This document shows positions 14,080 through 27,200 of a DNA stretch of 64,000 bases, one piece after another. The stretch is taken from NCBI GenBank assembly GCA_028534125.1, contig CM052816.1, forward strand, positions 50,284,001 to 50,348,000. The letters run 5' to 3'. Position numbers and translations under genes: made by a program. The notes under the pieces are model-generated. The model was not told the origin of the DNA. It did no database searches and was given only the letters and a program-made list of their open reading frames with translations. This DNA is from Lama glama (Eukaryota). Within the stretch, counting starts at the first letter, position 1. Each line of letters starts with the position of its first letter.

Positions 14080-14610
14080 TTACACTGCCCTCTGATTTCC
14101 CTTTCAAAAGCACAGATTGAATCAGGTCACCCCTTACTTCCCTTACAGCTGTTCATTCAGGTTCAAGCCAGTAGGTAGCCTGCCCTACCTTCTCAGCCTC
14201 GTGGTTCATCTTTTCTCCCCCCCCACCTCCACTCCAGCCACAAGGCACTGAAGATGCCACGCTCCCCCATTCGGGGTACGTCAACCACCTGGCAATCGCG
14301 TAGCCATCCTAGAATCCAGTTCAAACTTCTGTGTCCTCTCTCAAGTTCCCTTGGCCACAGACTCTTCTCCCCGTACTCTCCTGACAAAATAAGAGCAGGC
14401 TGATTGTCCTTATGTCCTCTGAGCATCCTGGGCTCAGTTCTTTTACAGCACTTATCACCCATCCTGATTGTGTACAGCTTTGCCCTCTCCTTAGTGTAGA
14501 CTTCCAGACGCTGTGAAACAAGAGTGCTATCTTACTCGCTTTCATATCCTCAGTGCCTGGCAGGGTGCTTAGCACAAGGTGTTGAGTAAACATTTGACGA
14601 ATGAATGAAC
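14080..14610 (+). mobile_element. L2 LINE 3' fragment
   Basis: Ends cagtgcctggcaggg...aaacatttgacgaatgaatgaa, the L2 3' terminus. Confidence 0.7.
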
Positions 14611-16037
14611 ACATACACGTCAGGACTTGCGTACTTCCAACCACAATTTTGTGTAACCTTAAGGTCCCATGTCCCTGTACATAATCTGAATTTCAGAATC
14701 TCGAGATTATTAAGATTACTGATGCAAAGGATAGTGAAAGCAAAAACACCACTGGGTTACTATCAATGAAAAACTTCAATGTTTGCTGATTGTAGGCAAT
14801 TATGAAAGTTACTGATGTTATATACCACAGGTTAGGGCTGTAATGGAAAAATCAAACAAAGATAGAAATGCCCTTCAGAAATGTCAATATTTTATATAGA
14901 ATTCCTCAAGAAAATACTAGTATTTGTTTTATTACATATTTTCTCTCCCTCTCACCTGCCTCAAATGTCATAATTCTTACAGAACACAGAATTCTTACTA
15001 AACAAACACAGCCTTTGGATGATAGATTGTTGAGTACAAAAATCTGTCTCCAAGTCAGAAGTTTGAGATCCCAAATCATAAGGAAAGATAACCAGTGATG
15101 GTCAACACAGAAGACCTGCAATTTTATCTTTTGAGGGAGAATATGAATAAAGGAACTAATGAGTGAATATATGAACTTATTTAAAGCTCTGGGATAGATT
15201 TTCTCTTCCCTACATAGGCGCTTGAACACGCACTTAAAATGTTTTCCTCTGGAGTTCTTCATTGTTTATACCTCAATGGCAAATTCACCCTCTTCTGATA
15301 GTCACATTATTTCTTTACATAGTTCAATACCTTCAGTCAGGTCTTGGTTTGCCGAGAAGTCATTCCATTTTAAAAAAATGACATTGCAGGTATGCTGTCG
15401 GAGGGTAGGTAGTATTATTTTAACATTCAACAGTAGGGAAATGTTACATGAAAATATGTTACTAGGAACAATTAAAAGACAGAGAAAATAGCTGAGTGGC
15501 TCTGCATGAGAAAATGAGGGACACGGGGAAACTGAGTGGAGAGGAGGGAAGGAGAGAGGAAGGCATAGACAACATGGCAGGAGGCTGAACCCTATGGAGA
15601 CAAGTTGTCAATGGGAAACTCATGAGCAGAAAAGACAGAAGACTTTAAAGAATCGAGTTATGGTAAAATCAAACTAAACTGCTCATTTTGCCTCTCTTTG
15701 ACCCAAACCTGCAATTAATTCTGCTATACACAGTGATTTCTCAGTGCTTATTGTCATGCAAATCAAGGAAAAGTAGGTGAGTCCCATGGTGGAGTTGGCA
15801 GGGAGTAGGGAAAGAAGAAAATTGGGGTCAATAAAATGTGAGACAGCCCAGTAGAAGCAGGAATTCAGAGCAGAGGTAGTTGTGCAAATAAATCCTACAG
15901 GAATTCACAAAAATCTTGGAAAGAGCACCTGACTTTAGAAAGGATGAGGGACAAGTAGCCTGAGCTAATATTTCAAAGATGGTCAGTTTAACTGTTTAAC
16001 TTAAGTCTCAGTGTATGGATAAGAAAATTCAAGTTCA

Positions 16038-17064
16038 TTTGTTTATTTTTGCCTTGATTTCTATTGCCTGGGTAGACTGACCTAGGAGAACATTGCTAAG
16101 ATTTATGTCAGCAAATGTTTTGCCTGTGTTTTCTTCTAGGAAATTTATAGTGTCTTGCCTTATGTTTAAGGCTTTAAGCCATTTTGAGCTTATTTTTGGG
16201 TATCATGTGAGGGAGTGTTCTAACTTCAATTTACACGCGGCTGTCCAGCTTTCCCAACACCACTTGCCGAAGAGGTTGTCTTTTTTCCATTTTCTCCTTT
16301 GTCAAAGATTAATTGATCATAGGTGTGTGGGTTTATTTCTAGGCTCTGTATTCTGTTCCATTGAGCCATATGTCTGTTTTTGTGCCAATATCATGCAGCT
16401 TTGATTACTGTAGTTCTGTAGTATAATTAAACTTACAACCTTTTGCACAGTAAAGGACACTATAAACAAAACAAAAAGTCAATCTACGGAATGGGAGAAA
16501 ATATTTGCAAATAATGTCAATGACAAGGGCTTAATTTCCAGAATATACAAATAGTTTATACAACTGAGTAACAAAAAAACCCCAACCCAATCCAAAAATG
16601 GGGCAAGAGATCTAAACAAACATTTCTTCAGTGAAGATACACAAACGGCCAATAGGCACATGAAAAAATGCTCAATATCACTAGCTATTAGAGGAATGCA
16701 AATCAAAACTACAATGAGGTATCACTTCACACCAGTCAGAATGGCCATGATTCAAAAGTCCACCAATGACAAATGCTGGAGAAAGTGTGGAGAAAAGGGA
16801 ACCCTCCTACACTGTTGGTGGGAATGTAGTTTGGTGCAGCCACTATGGAAAACAGTATGGAAATTTCTCAAAAAAGTAAAAATAGACTTACCATATAATC
16901 CAGCAATCCCACTCCTGGGCATATATCTGGAGGAAACTCTAATTCAAAAAGATACATACATCCCAATGTTCAAAGCAGCAGTATTTACAATGCCCAAGCC
17001 ATGGAAACAACCTAAATGCCCAACAATAGATGACTAAATAAAGATGTGGTATGTATATCTGTAT

Positions 17065-17099
<35 letters not shown>

Positions 17100-17524
17100 G
17101 GGATACTACTCAGCCATAAAATGAATGAAATAATGACATCTGCAGCAACATGGATGGACCTGGAGATACCACTTATATGTGGAATCTAAAAAAAAAAAAA
17201 GACACAAGTGAATTTATTTACAAAAGAGAAACAGACTCACAGACACAGAAAACAAACTTACGGTTATCAGCGGGGAAAGTGGGTTAAAGGGATAAGTTGG
17301 GAGTTTGAGATTTGCAGATATTAACTACTATATATAAAGCATAAAAAACAAGGTTCTACTGTGTAGCACAGGGAAATATATTCAATATACTGTAATAGCT
17401 TATAATGAAAAAGAATATGAAAAGGAATATATATATACATATATGTATAAGTGAATCACTATGCTGTATACCAGAAATTAACACATTGTAAACTGACTAT
17501 ACTTCACTTTAAAAAAAAAAGAAA
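16038..17524 (+). mobile_element. 5'-truncated, 5'-inverted lineage L1 (antisense ~16038-16423, sense ~16424-17524)
   Basis: ORF 16660-17037 is the ORF2p C-terminus ([18 protein letters not shown]). A 3'UTR and poly(A) follow at ~17511-17526. TSD aagaaaattcaagttca (16021-16037) / aagaaaactcaggttca (17525-17541). Confidence 0.93.
17069..17097. repeat. (AC)14 microsatellite inside L1
   Basis: Direct reading. Confidence 0.95.
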
Positions 17525-17744
17525 AAGAAAACTCAGGTTCACAGAATCTGCCCAGAGTTAGACAGGTAACAGCTGGCAGACACAGAGTAGAAATTTGGCT
17601 TAATCTGGTCCCCAAACCCACATTCTTAATTCCTATTTATTTTATTCTCAGGTTCCAGCCAGAAGACACCAGACTTTTGTGCCATGTATACACTAAAAGG
17701 TATTACAAATGTAAAATTTTCTCTGTATGCTATTTATGTGAATG

Positions 17745-18170
17745 GTTTTGGTCAGCTATTGTCAAAATATGGTTATACAGCAAACTATCCTAAATCTCAG
17801 TGGCTTTAAGTAGCAAGCAATTATTCTCAAGCTCACAGTCAGCATGGTTGACTATAGTTCAGTTTATCTAGACTGGGTGGCTCTTGTAAAGATTTCAGGG
17901 TATTAGTGAGTTGGCTCCATTGGGATTCAGTTCTACTCTGTATCTCATCAGGGGCCCAGGCAGGAAGGGCAGCAGCTACCTGGGGCATGTTCCTCTCATG
18001 CCAGAGATCAGAAGCTCCCAAAGGGAAAAAAAGAAACATGTAATGTCTATTAACTCCTAGGCTCAAAATGTGTATAGTGTTAGTTCATCCACATTTTATC
18101 AGCCAAAACAGATCAACTGAGTGGTGGTGGTGGACAGCAAATATTTACTGACTATAACTTAATCTTCTAT
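17745..18170 (-). mobile_element. Old MLT1 (MaLR) solo LTR
   Basis: ggtcagctattg...aaatctcagtggcttt...ttattctca...ggggcatgttcctctcatg pattern. Confidence 0.6.
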
Positions 18171-20939
18171 AGTAATCTAATTACTCCTCTTTAAACTTAG
18201 TTCCTTGGAGAGATATACTCTATTATCTCTATTAAGGAAGTGGAACAAGATTGTTTCCACTATTACTCAATAGGGGCTCTGGAAAATTTCACATACTTGA
18301 ATTCCCTAAGTGTTTGTAAAGCATAATGACAAAACCATCACTTTTAAGCCAACTTCTCCCATCATCACTACCACCATCTTGTCCCAATAGGAATTCTAGA
18401 AGTCTCATGAAGTTTTCAATCAGATCATATAAGAGAGAAAGAGAGAATGACAGAGAGAAACCCTTTTCATTGCCTAAAAATGCTGTAAATTGAAAGTAGC
18501 CTCTTGACTATTTGATAAGACTAAGAAAAAAATTATGCTGCTTGGTATTCTTTAAAAGATAAATATACATATTATTAACCAATGGTGGCATCTTTGTAAC
18601 ATTTCACATATAAAATTCATTTTTAAATAAAATTCATAGTACTGTCTTATGTTGCCACAGATCACAGACATACTACTACTAAAACCTGCCAATGATTTAA
18701 AGACACATTTAATGTGGATAAGACCTTAGTGGTACATAATGGCACTTCAAGGAATTTTAAAATTTATAGTATAAAAATTATACAAATTTTAATTATGAAA
18801 GTGGTTTTGCTTTCCCATCATATTCAAAAGTTTGTCGAAACCAATCTAGATTAAAGCTCTCTTGAAATTAATGGTAATGATAGCTAGTGACAACTTGTTA
18901 ATTGAAGATAATGAGAATTAACTGAAATCTTCTCTGGAGAATGTGTTTAATTTCCCTATTAGTTGGCTATTTTCTGGTTGTTTTAAAGAATCGTTCCACT
19001 AACAAACCTCAGAAAAGGGAGCAGTGGTTTTTAAGGATATGTATGTACAGGAACTGGCTCTGAACTACTTAAGGACCCGAGGCTACTGCGGGCACTGGCT
19101 ACTTCCCCATCAGTCTCAAGGGTTGCAGAGCACCTGTTGTGTATTCACACAGGGGCACGTGAAGCATATAGGAGCAGTGCTTCCAGGCCTCTCTTGACCA
19201 ATGAGAAAGAGAAACCTGCGGATAAACGCTTTTTGCCCCGTATGTATAGTTCTGAGATACCTTTTACAAGATGCCTCAGAAGATCTTGGTGGGGTGGGGC
19301 ATAGGCATTTGTGCAATAGTTTTTCCTTCTTTCCTTTTTTATGCATCTGGTCTCGTACTCCTGCTCTCCTGGATGACACTTCCCAAATAAACTGCCTGTG
19401 TGCAAGCCCTTGTCCAAGGCTTGGCTTTCAGGAGAGAAAGGTAAGATTCCTAAAAGTGTTTTATATGAGCAGGTTCCATAAAAATTATCTAATCTCCCTT
19501 CATTTATTTGACTGGTTGTGTTACACCTAGGATAGTAATTAAGTTGGAGACAATCTCTAAACCAAAAGTAAGTGGTTCAGGACTAGCCTATATTCCATTT
19601 ACTGAAACGGTGGGCACCAAAATCGCTCCTGCCCTTAACGGGATCATTCACTATCAAGATGGGTGTGGGCTCTAATCTCTCCCTCTTTTTTCTAAAGAAC
19701 CAAGTGACTCTAGAGGGACAAAGAGACCTCACTCAGAAAGTGTAGTTCTCAGTGAGATTGTGAGATGAGAGTTTTGGATGAATGACCTCCAAAAGAGAAG
19801 AAAAACCAACATATGAAAAGTAAAATTCATATTCAATTTTACTTAAATAGAGGAGAGGAAAATCGGAAAGCAAGAATAATAGTTGGTAATGAGACAATAT
19901 GTGAGACAATATGTGGATGTTTGAAAGGGAGAAAATGAGTAGAAAGAGGCTGGAGAGTATTTCAGGTTGAGTAGGTAAGAAAGACTTGGGAGTCAGGACA
20001 GAAAATGGTAGATGGTCAGATATGAAGCAGCCATGAAATGCTTGCTGTCATGTATTTTTCAAGGTATCATTTTCCAGTTATTAAAATAGAGAAAATCATT
20101 TCAAGGTTGTGCACAGAACACTTGGAAATGAAATCTGCGCTCCTGAAAAGCATTTATTAGATGCTGTCAGATCAGCCATGAAAATTTTTAATTCAGACAA
20201 TAGTTACCCATGGATGCATGAATAGTTCTTTTGTGACTATATCATTCTCCCTTACAAAATGTGTTAACTACCTATTTTTAAAATATCCTGACTTATAGGT
20301 AAATTCATGAAGACTTTTATGAATTTAGATGTCAGCTAGTTAATTTCACTTTATTAAAAATGGATTCTACTTAAATAATTCAGAGTACAAGAATGAGAGA
20401 GACATGAAAGGATGAGGGTGGGCTTCTCCTCTGGGAAATATCAGCTAAGGATCCTACTGACTGGTCTTTCCCATTCCCAGATGTCCAGGAAGGGCCCCAG
20501 GACCTGAAGTTTTCTGGCAGCCCATATCTGCCCAAGGAGGTGCCAATTAGATCTGTGGAGTTCAATTCTTGCCATATCTTTATTATACAATTTAGCTTCA
20601 TACCCCTGAGCACTCCTGGCCAACATTCCTCCTGAGATACCTTCTAACTTGTCTTCTCATTCCAATGATTCACAATTACCAATCTGGAAATTAACTCCAT
20701 AAATTGACTCCCTGGACCCTCTGAATGCTCCTCAGATCTGGAAGACAGCTTCGTCCTCAGCTCACGCTCCCCAACCCCTACCAATTTCTCTTAACCTCCA
20801 GCGGGATCCTGTATCTTCTATGGATTCTCACCGACAACCTTCTTCCCTTTAAGCCATTTATCCTACTACTCCTTGATATCATAGTTCATTATATAGTGGT
20901 TTCGAGCCCCAGTCTCAATCCCACTCTAATGTACTCCAC

Positions 20940-21080
20940 TCTTTGAGAGCAGACACCATATTTCCCTTACTAGAATATAAACTCCACAGCAACAGAGCAC
21001 TTGTATTATTCACTGCCTCATCTAGTGCCCAGAACAGAGACTGACACAAATGCTCAACAAATATCTAGTAAATGGATGGA
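20940..21080 (+). mobile_element. L2 3' end fragment
   Basis: actagaatataaactcca...agtgcccagaacag...tgctcaacaaatat...aatggatgga. Confidence 0.65.
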
Positions 21081-21760
21081 TTTACCCTTAAATTCGTCAC
21101 ATGGCCCAGTTCTGTATTTTGTGTATAACTAATCCTTTATAAAATTTGTTGAATCAAACTTACCTAGTAAAGAGCTGCTTGGCTCCAAAACATGGGATCT
21201 AGTATTTTATAAATGTGAATTATGCGCTACCAAGAAAAACTTTTCTAAAGTAATTTCCTGACCTTTTAAAACTACATAATAAAGACATTTCCTGAGATGG
21301 GATTTTTTTTCCTCTCATGAACTTCCCTAATGAGGCCTGAGCCATACCATCTGATGCCAGGCCAATAACTATAAATCTTAAGCTGAAAAAATTTTCTGAA
21401 ATGCAATCACCTTGTTTTAGAAGTAAGGGGACCAAGACTAAAAAAGCCATGCTGCATTATAACTCAATTCTTGTGCCTTCCATTTCAGTGTCATCCACAA
21501 CAACCTATTTTGATGTATAGACAATGGAAAAATATTAGAAAAAATCACGGCATGGAATGAGAGTCTGGACCTCTAAACCAAATCAACAGCTCTCTATTCA
21601 TGGAGGACAAGAACAATAAAAGCATCCCTTCAATTTCTGCACACTAGATATAAGAGAGGAAACCGTGATTATGGGCTTATCATGCTCTGTTCTAACCAAT
21701 TGAATCAATCTGACACACAGCTATGGTTGAAAAGATCCACTGCCCTGAAAAAATGCAATA

Positions 21761-21977
21761 CAGTTGACCCGTGAACAATGTGGGGGTTAAGGGTGCTGAC
21801 CTTCTGAGTAGTTGAAAATCTGAGTATAATTTATCTTCAGCCCTCCATATCTGCAGTTCTGCATTTGAAGATTTAAGCAACTGCAGATCATCAAGTACTA
21901 TAGTGTTTACTATTGAAAAAAATTCATGTATAAGTGGACCTGAGCAGTTCAAACCCACATTGTTCAACGGTCCGCTG
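21761..21977. mobile_element. Tigger2/MER8-type non-autonomous DNA transposon (MITE)
   Basis: TIRs cagttgacccgtgaacaatg / cattgttcaacggtccgctg, flanked by TA on both sides (21759-60 and 21978-79). Confidence 0.88.
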
Positions 21978-22714
21978 TATCATGACCTTTACAGATTCTA
22001 TTCTTACGATTACTTAGGAAACACTTTCTGTACATCCCCCTCTCACCACTAGAGAGTTAACAGTCAGAATTATGTTTTCTTCTTCTTCTCTTTCACTTAA
22101 AAAATTATACATATATACACACATACACATATATAAAATATACACATACATACATACATTTATACACTCACAGATGTATACCAATTTTGGTTAGTCATTT
22201 GTGGTCTATTCAGGTGAGATGGCGTTATTTTGAGATTCTGGTAACTTTATGTACAAAGTCCCATTGGAAAGATCCAAGGTAAATCTTGGATTCTATAACT
22301 TCATTACTGCAGTGAATTTCCATGTGACAGAGTAGAATTTTATAATTATATTTCACATATTCATATTTACATCTAATGAAAAATTTTCCTCCTAAATGGA
22401 AGCCACTATAGGAATAAAAATACAGTAAAATTTCTATTTAAAATATTTCATTGTTCCCTTGACTTAGTAAAATCCTATTTCTGATATAAACAATAATGTA
22501 TAATTTCTTTTTCATTCTCTCTGTAGTCAAGCCTAGGGGCATACATATATGTATATTTTTTCATAATTAATCACAAAAAGTACTTGAACTTTCTGAACAA
22601 TTATTTCTTTGAATCAAATCACCCAGATAAATTTTAATCTTTTAATGAGTTTGTTTTCAAAATAATCTAGTAACTTAAAGACAGCAGCTCACTTGTGTGC
22701 CTACTATGCGACAG

Positions 22715-24000
22715 ACATGCATTTATTCCTTCAACAAACACATACTCAGCCTCTATCAATCCAGCCCTGTCCTAGGTACTGGGAAATAGAGAGCGCAGAT
22801 GGCCATGCCTCTGCTATGATGGGGCTTCCTTTCCACAGGGAGACACAGAGACGGAAGTGGGGTGGGGAGAGGGGAGGGTGGAGAGAGAGGAGAAGAGGGA
22901 AGAGGAGGGAAGGGAAAGGAAGGAAAGAGAGGTGAGAAAAAATAATTTCACACTGTGATATGGAGAGAAAAAAAAATTCCAGTGGGATAGAGTGACTGGG
23001 AGTGTGCACGTCTTTTTTAAAGGGTATTTCAAAGGAAGGGTGTTTCACCTCTGACGAGGTGACATTTGATTCTAGATTTGAAAGATGAGAAGAAACCAAC
23101 TGTATGAAGATGAACATTCTAGGCAGTGGGACCAACAGTACAATGGTTCTGAGATCTGGCTTACTAAAGGGGCAGTCAGGGGCAAGACAAGTAAAGAGAA
23201 AGGATCAGGAAATCAGGGAAAAGAAAGGCAGAGATCAGATCATAACAGACCTTGAAGGCTGTGGTAAGTGGTGTAGACTTTATTCAAAGGGCAATGGAAT
23301 ATTACTGGAGGATTTTAATCCTGGTGGTGAAATAATCTTATCTAAGACTTTAAAGCTCAGTTTGTCTAGGTTGTAGAGGAGCAGAAGATTAGCAGGGAGA
23401 CTAGTCAGGAGGCAGATGCAAGACACAGAAAAAGAGATGTAGAGTCAAGTTGTATTTTGCAGGTAGAAACAGGATGTAGGAGAGAGAAGCACCAGGGAGG
23501 ATTCCTGGATTTTTGCTTGAAGCAAATAAGTAAGTGGTAGTGCAATTTGCTGAATGTGGAAGACTGGGGAAGAAAGAGAACTGTCCTAATTTTGGAGATC
23601 TTAGCATATAGATGGTATTTAAAACCACAGATAAGTTAAGGAGACAATGTAGGTAATGAAAAGAAAAGGTTAACGATTAAGCCCAGGGCACTCAAACATT
23701 TAATGGTTTGACAAGGAGGATTCAGCCAAGAAGTCTGAAAAATAAGTGGCCAGAAAGAAAGAGGAATATCAACAGCATATGTTATTGCAAAACAAGTGAA
23801 GAAAATGTTTACTGAGGGGAAGTGACTGACTATGTCAAATGTTTTGCTAAGAGGCTTACTAAGATAAAGACTGAGAATGGACCAACTATTGGATTTAGCA
23901 ACATGGTGGTAATTGTTCCACCACAGAGGGAATGGATGTTCAACTGGAGAGAAGCGAATAAGAGGTCAGGAAGCAGAAACAGTGAATATTTTTTAAAAAT
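22715..24000 (-). mobile_element. L2 LINE fragment with a purine-rich low-complexity insert (~22855-22940)
   Basis: catttattccttcaacaaac 3'-end motif and an L2 antisense body (gtcaaatgttttgct...aagactgagaatggacc...ggatttagcaac). Confidence 0.75.
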
Positions 24001-24026
24001 TGGGGATAGATAAGTGAACACAACAA

Positions 24027-24073
24027 GGTCCTTGTCTTCAAAGAGGGCCCTTGTCTTCAAAGAGGACCCTTGT
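24027..24073. repeat. 19-bp tandem repeat, ~2.5 copies
   Basis: ccttgtcttcaaagagggc ccttgtcttcaaagaggac ccttgt. Confidence 0.9.
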
Positions 24074-24179
24074 ATGTGTAAGATAAATCTTTCATCAACA
24101 ATCTCGGAAAAACATGCTTTGGTAAAAAAGGGGATAACATATACGTTAATACATACTTTATAAAGACCTGTTACTATAG

Positions 24180-24723
24180 AAAAGGAAAAAAGTTAAACTA
24201 TTTTATTAAGAACACAAAATCTTCAATGCATCAAAAATTTTATCATCAGATTTTCAGGTTGTTTGTATACAAACTAAAAATAGATTTTATACATCATGCC
24301 ACAAATTAAAATGCTCCAGTATCATTGTTCAGAATATGACTACTCAAAAAAGAACTCACAGACATTTTCTTTGTCCTATTTCCAAAATCTTCCTAGACAG
24401 GACATTAGACAGCAACCACATACATAATACATGGGGACTGAATAAGGTAAATGTGAACTTTGCAACAAAAAGTCTGAGATTTTATGTAATTATAGGCAAG
24501 CTGAATGAATAGTTTAGAATAATGTACCATTGTCATCAAATCATATCTTCACATGCATGTGTAATCCATTTTGCACAATGATTTCAACTCAGTGTGTATG
24601 TAATTAAATTGTAAGGTGCAGCAATAGCTGCTTCTCGGTTGAAATTTTGCTTTTCCAGTTTAAGGAAATGAATAGAAAACATAGTCTGGTGAACATCAAA
24701 GTATTTTTTTTTTTTTGAGACAC
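24180..24723 (-). other. XRCC4: XRCC4 3'UTR (end approximate)
   Basis: Repeat-free, AT-rich sequence between the TGA and the first AATAAA I found on the minus strand. Confidence 0.7.
24202..24207 (-). terminator. Probable XRCC4 polyadenylation signal AATAAA
   Basis: tttatt on + lies ~520 nt past the stop, followed on the minus strand by a U-rich tract (ttttttcctttttc). Confidence 0.65.
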
Positions 24724-24864
<141 letters not shown>

Positions 24865-25619
24865 TTACTTTGCAAACTACATATAGAGTAGAAGAAAATT
24901 AAGAAATACATAAGTGAAATAAAAGTTAAGCCCTGTTTCAAAACTGCTGCATTAACATAAAGAGAGATGAAAGGAATTTAATTTTTTTAACTGCTTTGGA
25001 ATTAATTTGCCTCTATTTCGAGCCAATGAAAATTCAAGGGCCTACACCAATATTCATAATTCAGGTCAAGAAATAAAATATCCTGTGTGTTGTAAGTATT
25101 TTTATGTCAAGATATAGAAGGTTTCTCAAGCCATTTCTTTAATACTTCCATCACAATTTACATTTTCCTTCACCTCCCTTAAATCCTAATATGCATGTTA
25201 ATCTCAACTGCAGAAAGTTCTGAACACACAAAGTTTTCTGAGTGGTCATTTGATTGTAAGTGTGTACATAACTAATAATGACTTCACATTTTAGCAGCTG
25301 TTGAGGAAATGCTGTTGGTTCATTCATTTACTGAATCTACATATCTTCATTTAGTAGCTGTATTTATTCAGTTTCAGTACTGTAGTTACTACATCAATGG
25401 ACTGACCTCTATATTTATGTAAATGTTCTCTTTGAGTCCTGGGATGAAAGGCATGATGACTGACTGTTAACTGGTCTTACAAATGGTGGGCTGGAGGGTA
25501 GCAGAGCTCAACCAGGAGAGCTTAGGAGTGTATGTTTATACCCTTATATAAACCTTGTCTGAATCCACCCAGTAATACTCAGGAAAATCCCCGTATTTCC
25601 AACTATAAAGGCAGGAATA

Positions 25620-25870
25620 TCGTAGCAGCTTGGTATAGCTGAAAAAGAATAGGACTAGAGCAAGACACACAGATTTGAATCCAGGTCTATTTCTCACTAG
25701 CTATGTGACTTTAGGCAAGTCATCTAGCCTAACTGGACTTCTGTTCTCTCACCTGCAAAACAGAGATAATAATTCTGCCTCAGAGGCAGTCTGAAGATTA
25801 GGTGAGATGTTGTAAATGAAAATGCTTGTAAATCCCCACAAAACATTTAGAAACTATTATTATTAGCTCC
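25620..25870 (+). mobile_element. MIR SINE
   Basis: tttgaatccaggtct...ctagctatgtgactttaggcaagtca...ctcacctgcaaaacagagataataa. Confidence 0.8.
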
Positions 25871-26809
25871 TAATATTGCATAAGCTACAAAATAACTCTT
25901 GCTAATAGCTTCTTTAATTTAAAAGAATAACGAATTAAAATGCCCAAGTGTTCAGCATGTTTATATTTTAAGTGCTCTAAAAAGAAAGCTTGCACCCATA
26001 TTTAGTTGCACAGATTATTAAAAATGAATCCACCACAGGGTCCTCCTTGGCTTCATGACTGCACACAATTAACCACGGCTGGCTTCCACTAGACCTGGGA
26101 CGTGTTCTGTCTTATCCCCACGCAAGCTGAGTTCAGACAACATAACCCTCACAGGAATGCCGAGATACTAGGCATTAATGCGTTGTCAAGATGACAAGTA
26201 CTACCCTCTGGGAGTTTCAGTGTTAAAATTAACAATAAATACTGACATAATTGCCGTGACATGTAATTAAATATCTAAAAATATATTCCACATAAGGAGA
26301 AAATGATACAGAACAGAATAAAAGTATAATCACTACATGTGTAAGTCCTCAATGTCAACTCAAAACACATTAGACATTTTTCTCTATCCCTAAATGTCTT
26401 AAGAGTTGCTTTTTATCCTCCTAGCAAAACAGAGAATTGAGTTATTTCAATTAAAAAGTCAGGCATGGGGAAACCTCTAATTTTGTTCACAGTCTAGACA
26501 TTGTACAACCAGAACGCAGAGATCTACCAATCCAGTTTTTAAAAAAATCAGCATAGGACAAAAGGATCACTCTGAAGAGTCAAGTCTGAAGGAAACAGAT
26601 CCCTGGTGCTCCATGTATGATTCCCATCTCTTTCTAAGGTCAAGAGGAACCTAAGAAATAGCTTTTGACTCTTCAGTTCTCTGTGCCTACTACATAATAG
26701 GTGCTCAGTGAAAGCTGTTCAGTGAATGGAGATCACTGTTCTACAGCTTTCATATTCATGGTAAGTTAGAAGAGTAAATTCAGAACTCTTCCCACAATCA
26801 AAAAGCTAG

Positions 26810-27200
26810 TCTAAGTATTTTTATAAGTAATACATGTTTATTGTAAGACTTTATAAAAATTCTGAAAAGCATGAAGAAAATTAAAACATCCATCATCCTA
26901 TTTTGTATTATTTGTATTTACAAATGTTTTTTCTTCACAAATATGGGATCATTCTATATATATGTATATATGTATGCATATACATGGAACTTTGCAGCTT
27001 GATGTTTTTACCCTATATTCGCGATGTCTTTGAATGTTGAAAAATATAGATTTCATTCAGCATTAATTTTAATTTGTTCATACTAACCATTAATCCACTG
27101 ATGAATATTTGGGTTAGTTCTATTTTAAAATCCATTATTAACAACACAACAAATATTATCCTTATACATGTATTTTAGCATATTTATTACATCATTTTCC
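26810..27200 (-). mobile_element. Old L1ME-like fragment
   Basis: Degenerate antisense L1 3' motifs (taatacatgtttattgtaa, ttaatccactgatgaatatttgggt). Confidence 0.5.

Noticed and set aside
16660..17037. 125-aa ORF as a host gene
   Set aside because: It is the L1 ORF2p C-terminus inside a truncated, inverted L1.
19889..19915. 12-bp tandem duplication (tgagacaatatg x2) and other short AG/TG/TTTTC runs
   Set aside because: Ordinary slippage products.
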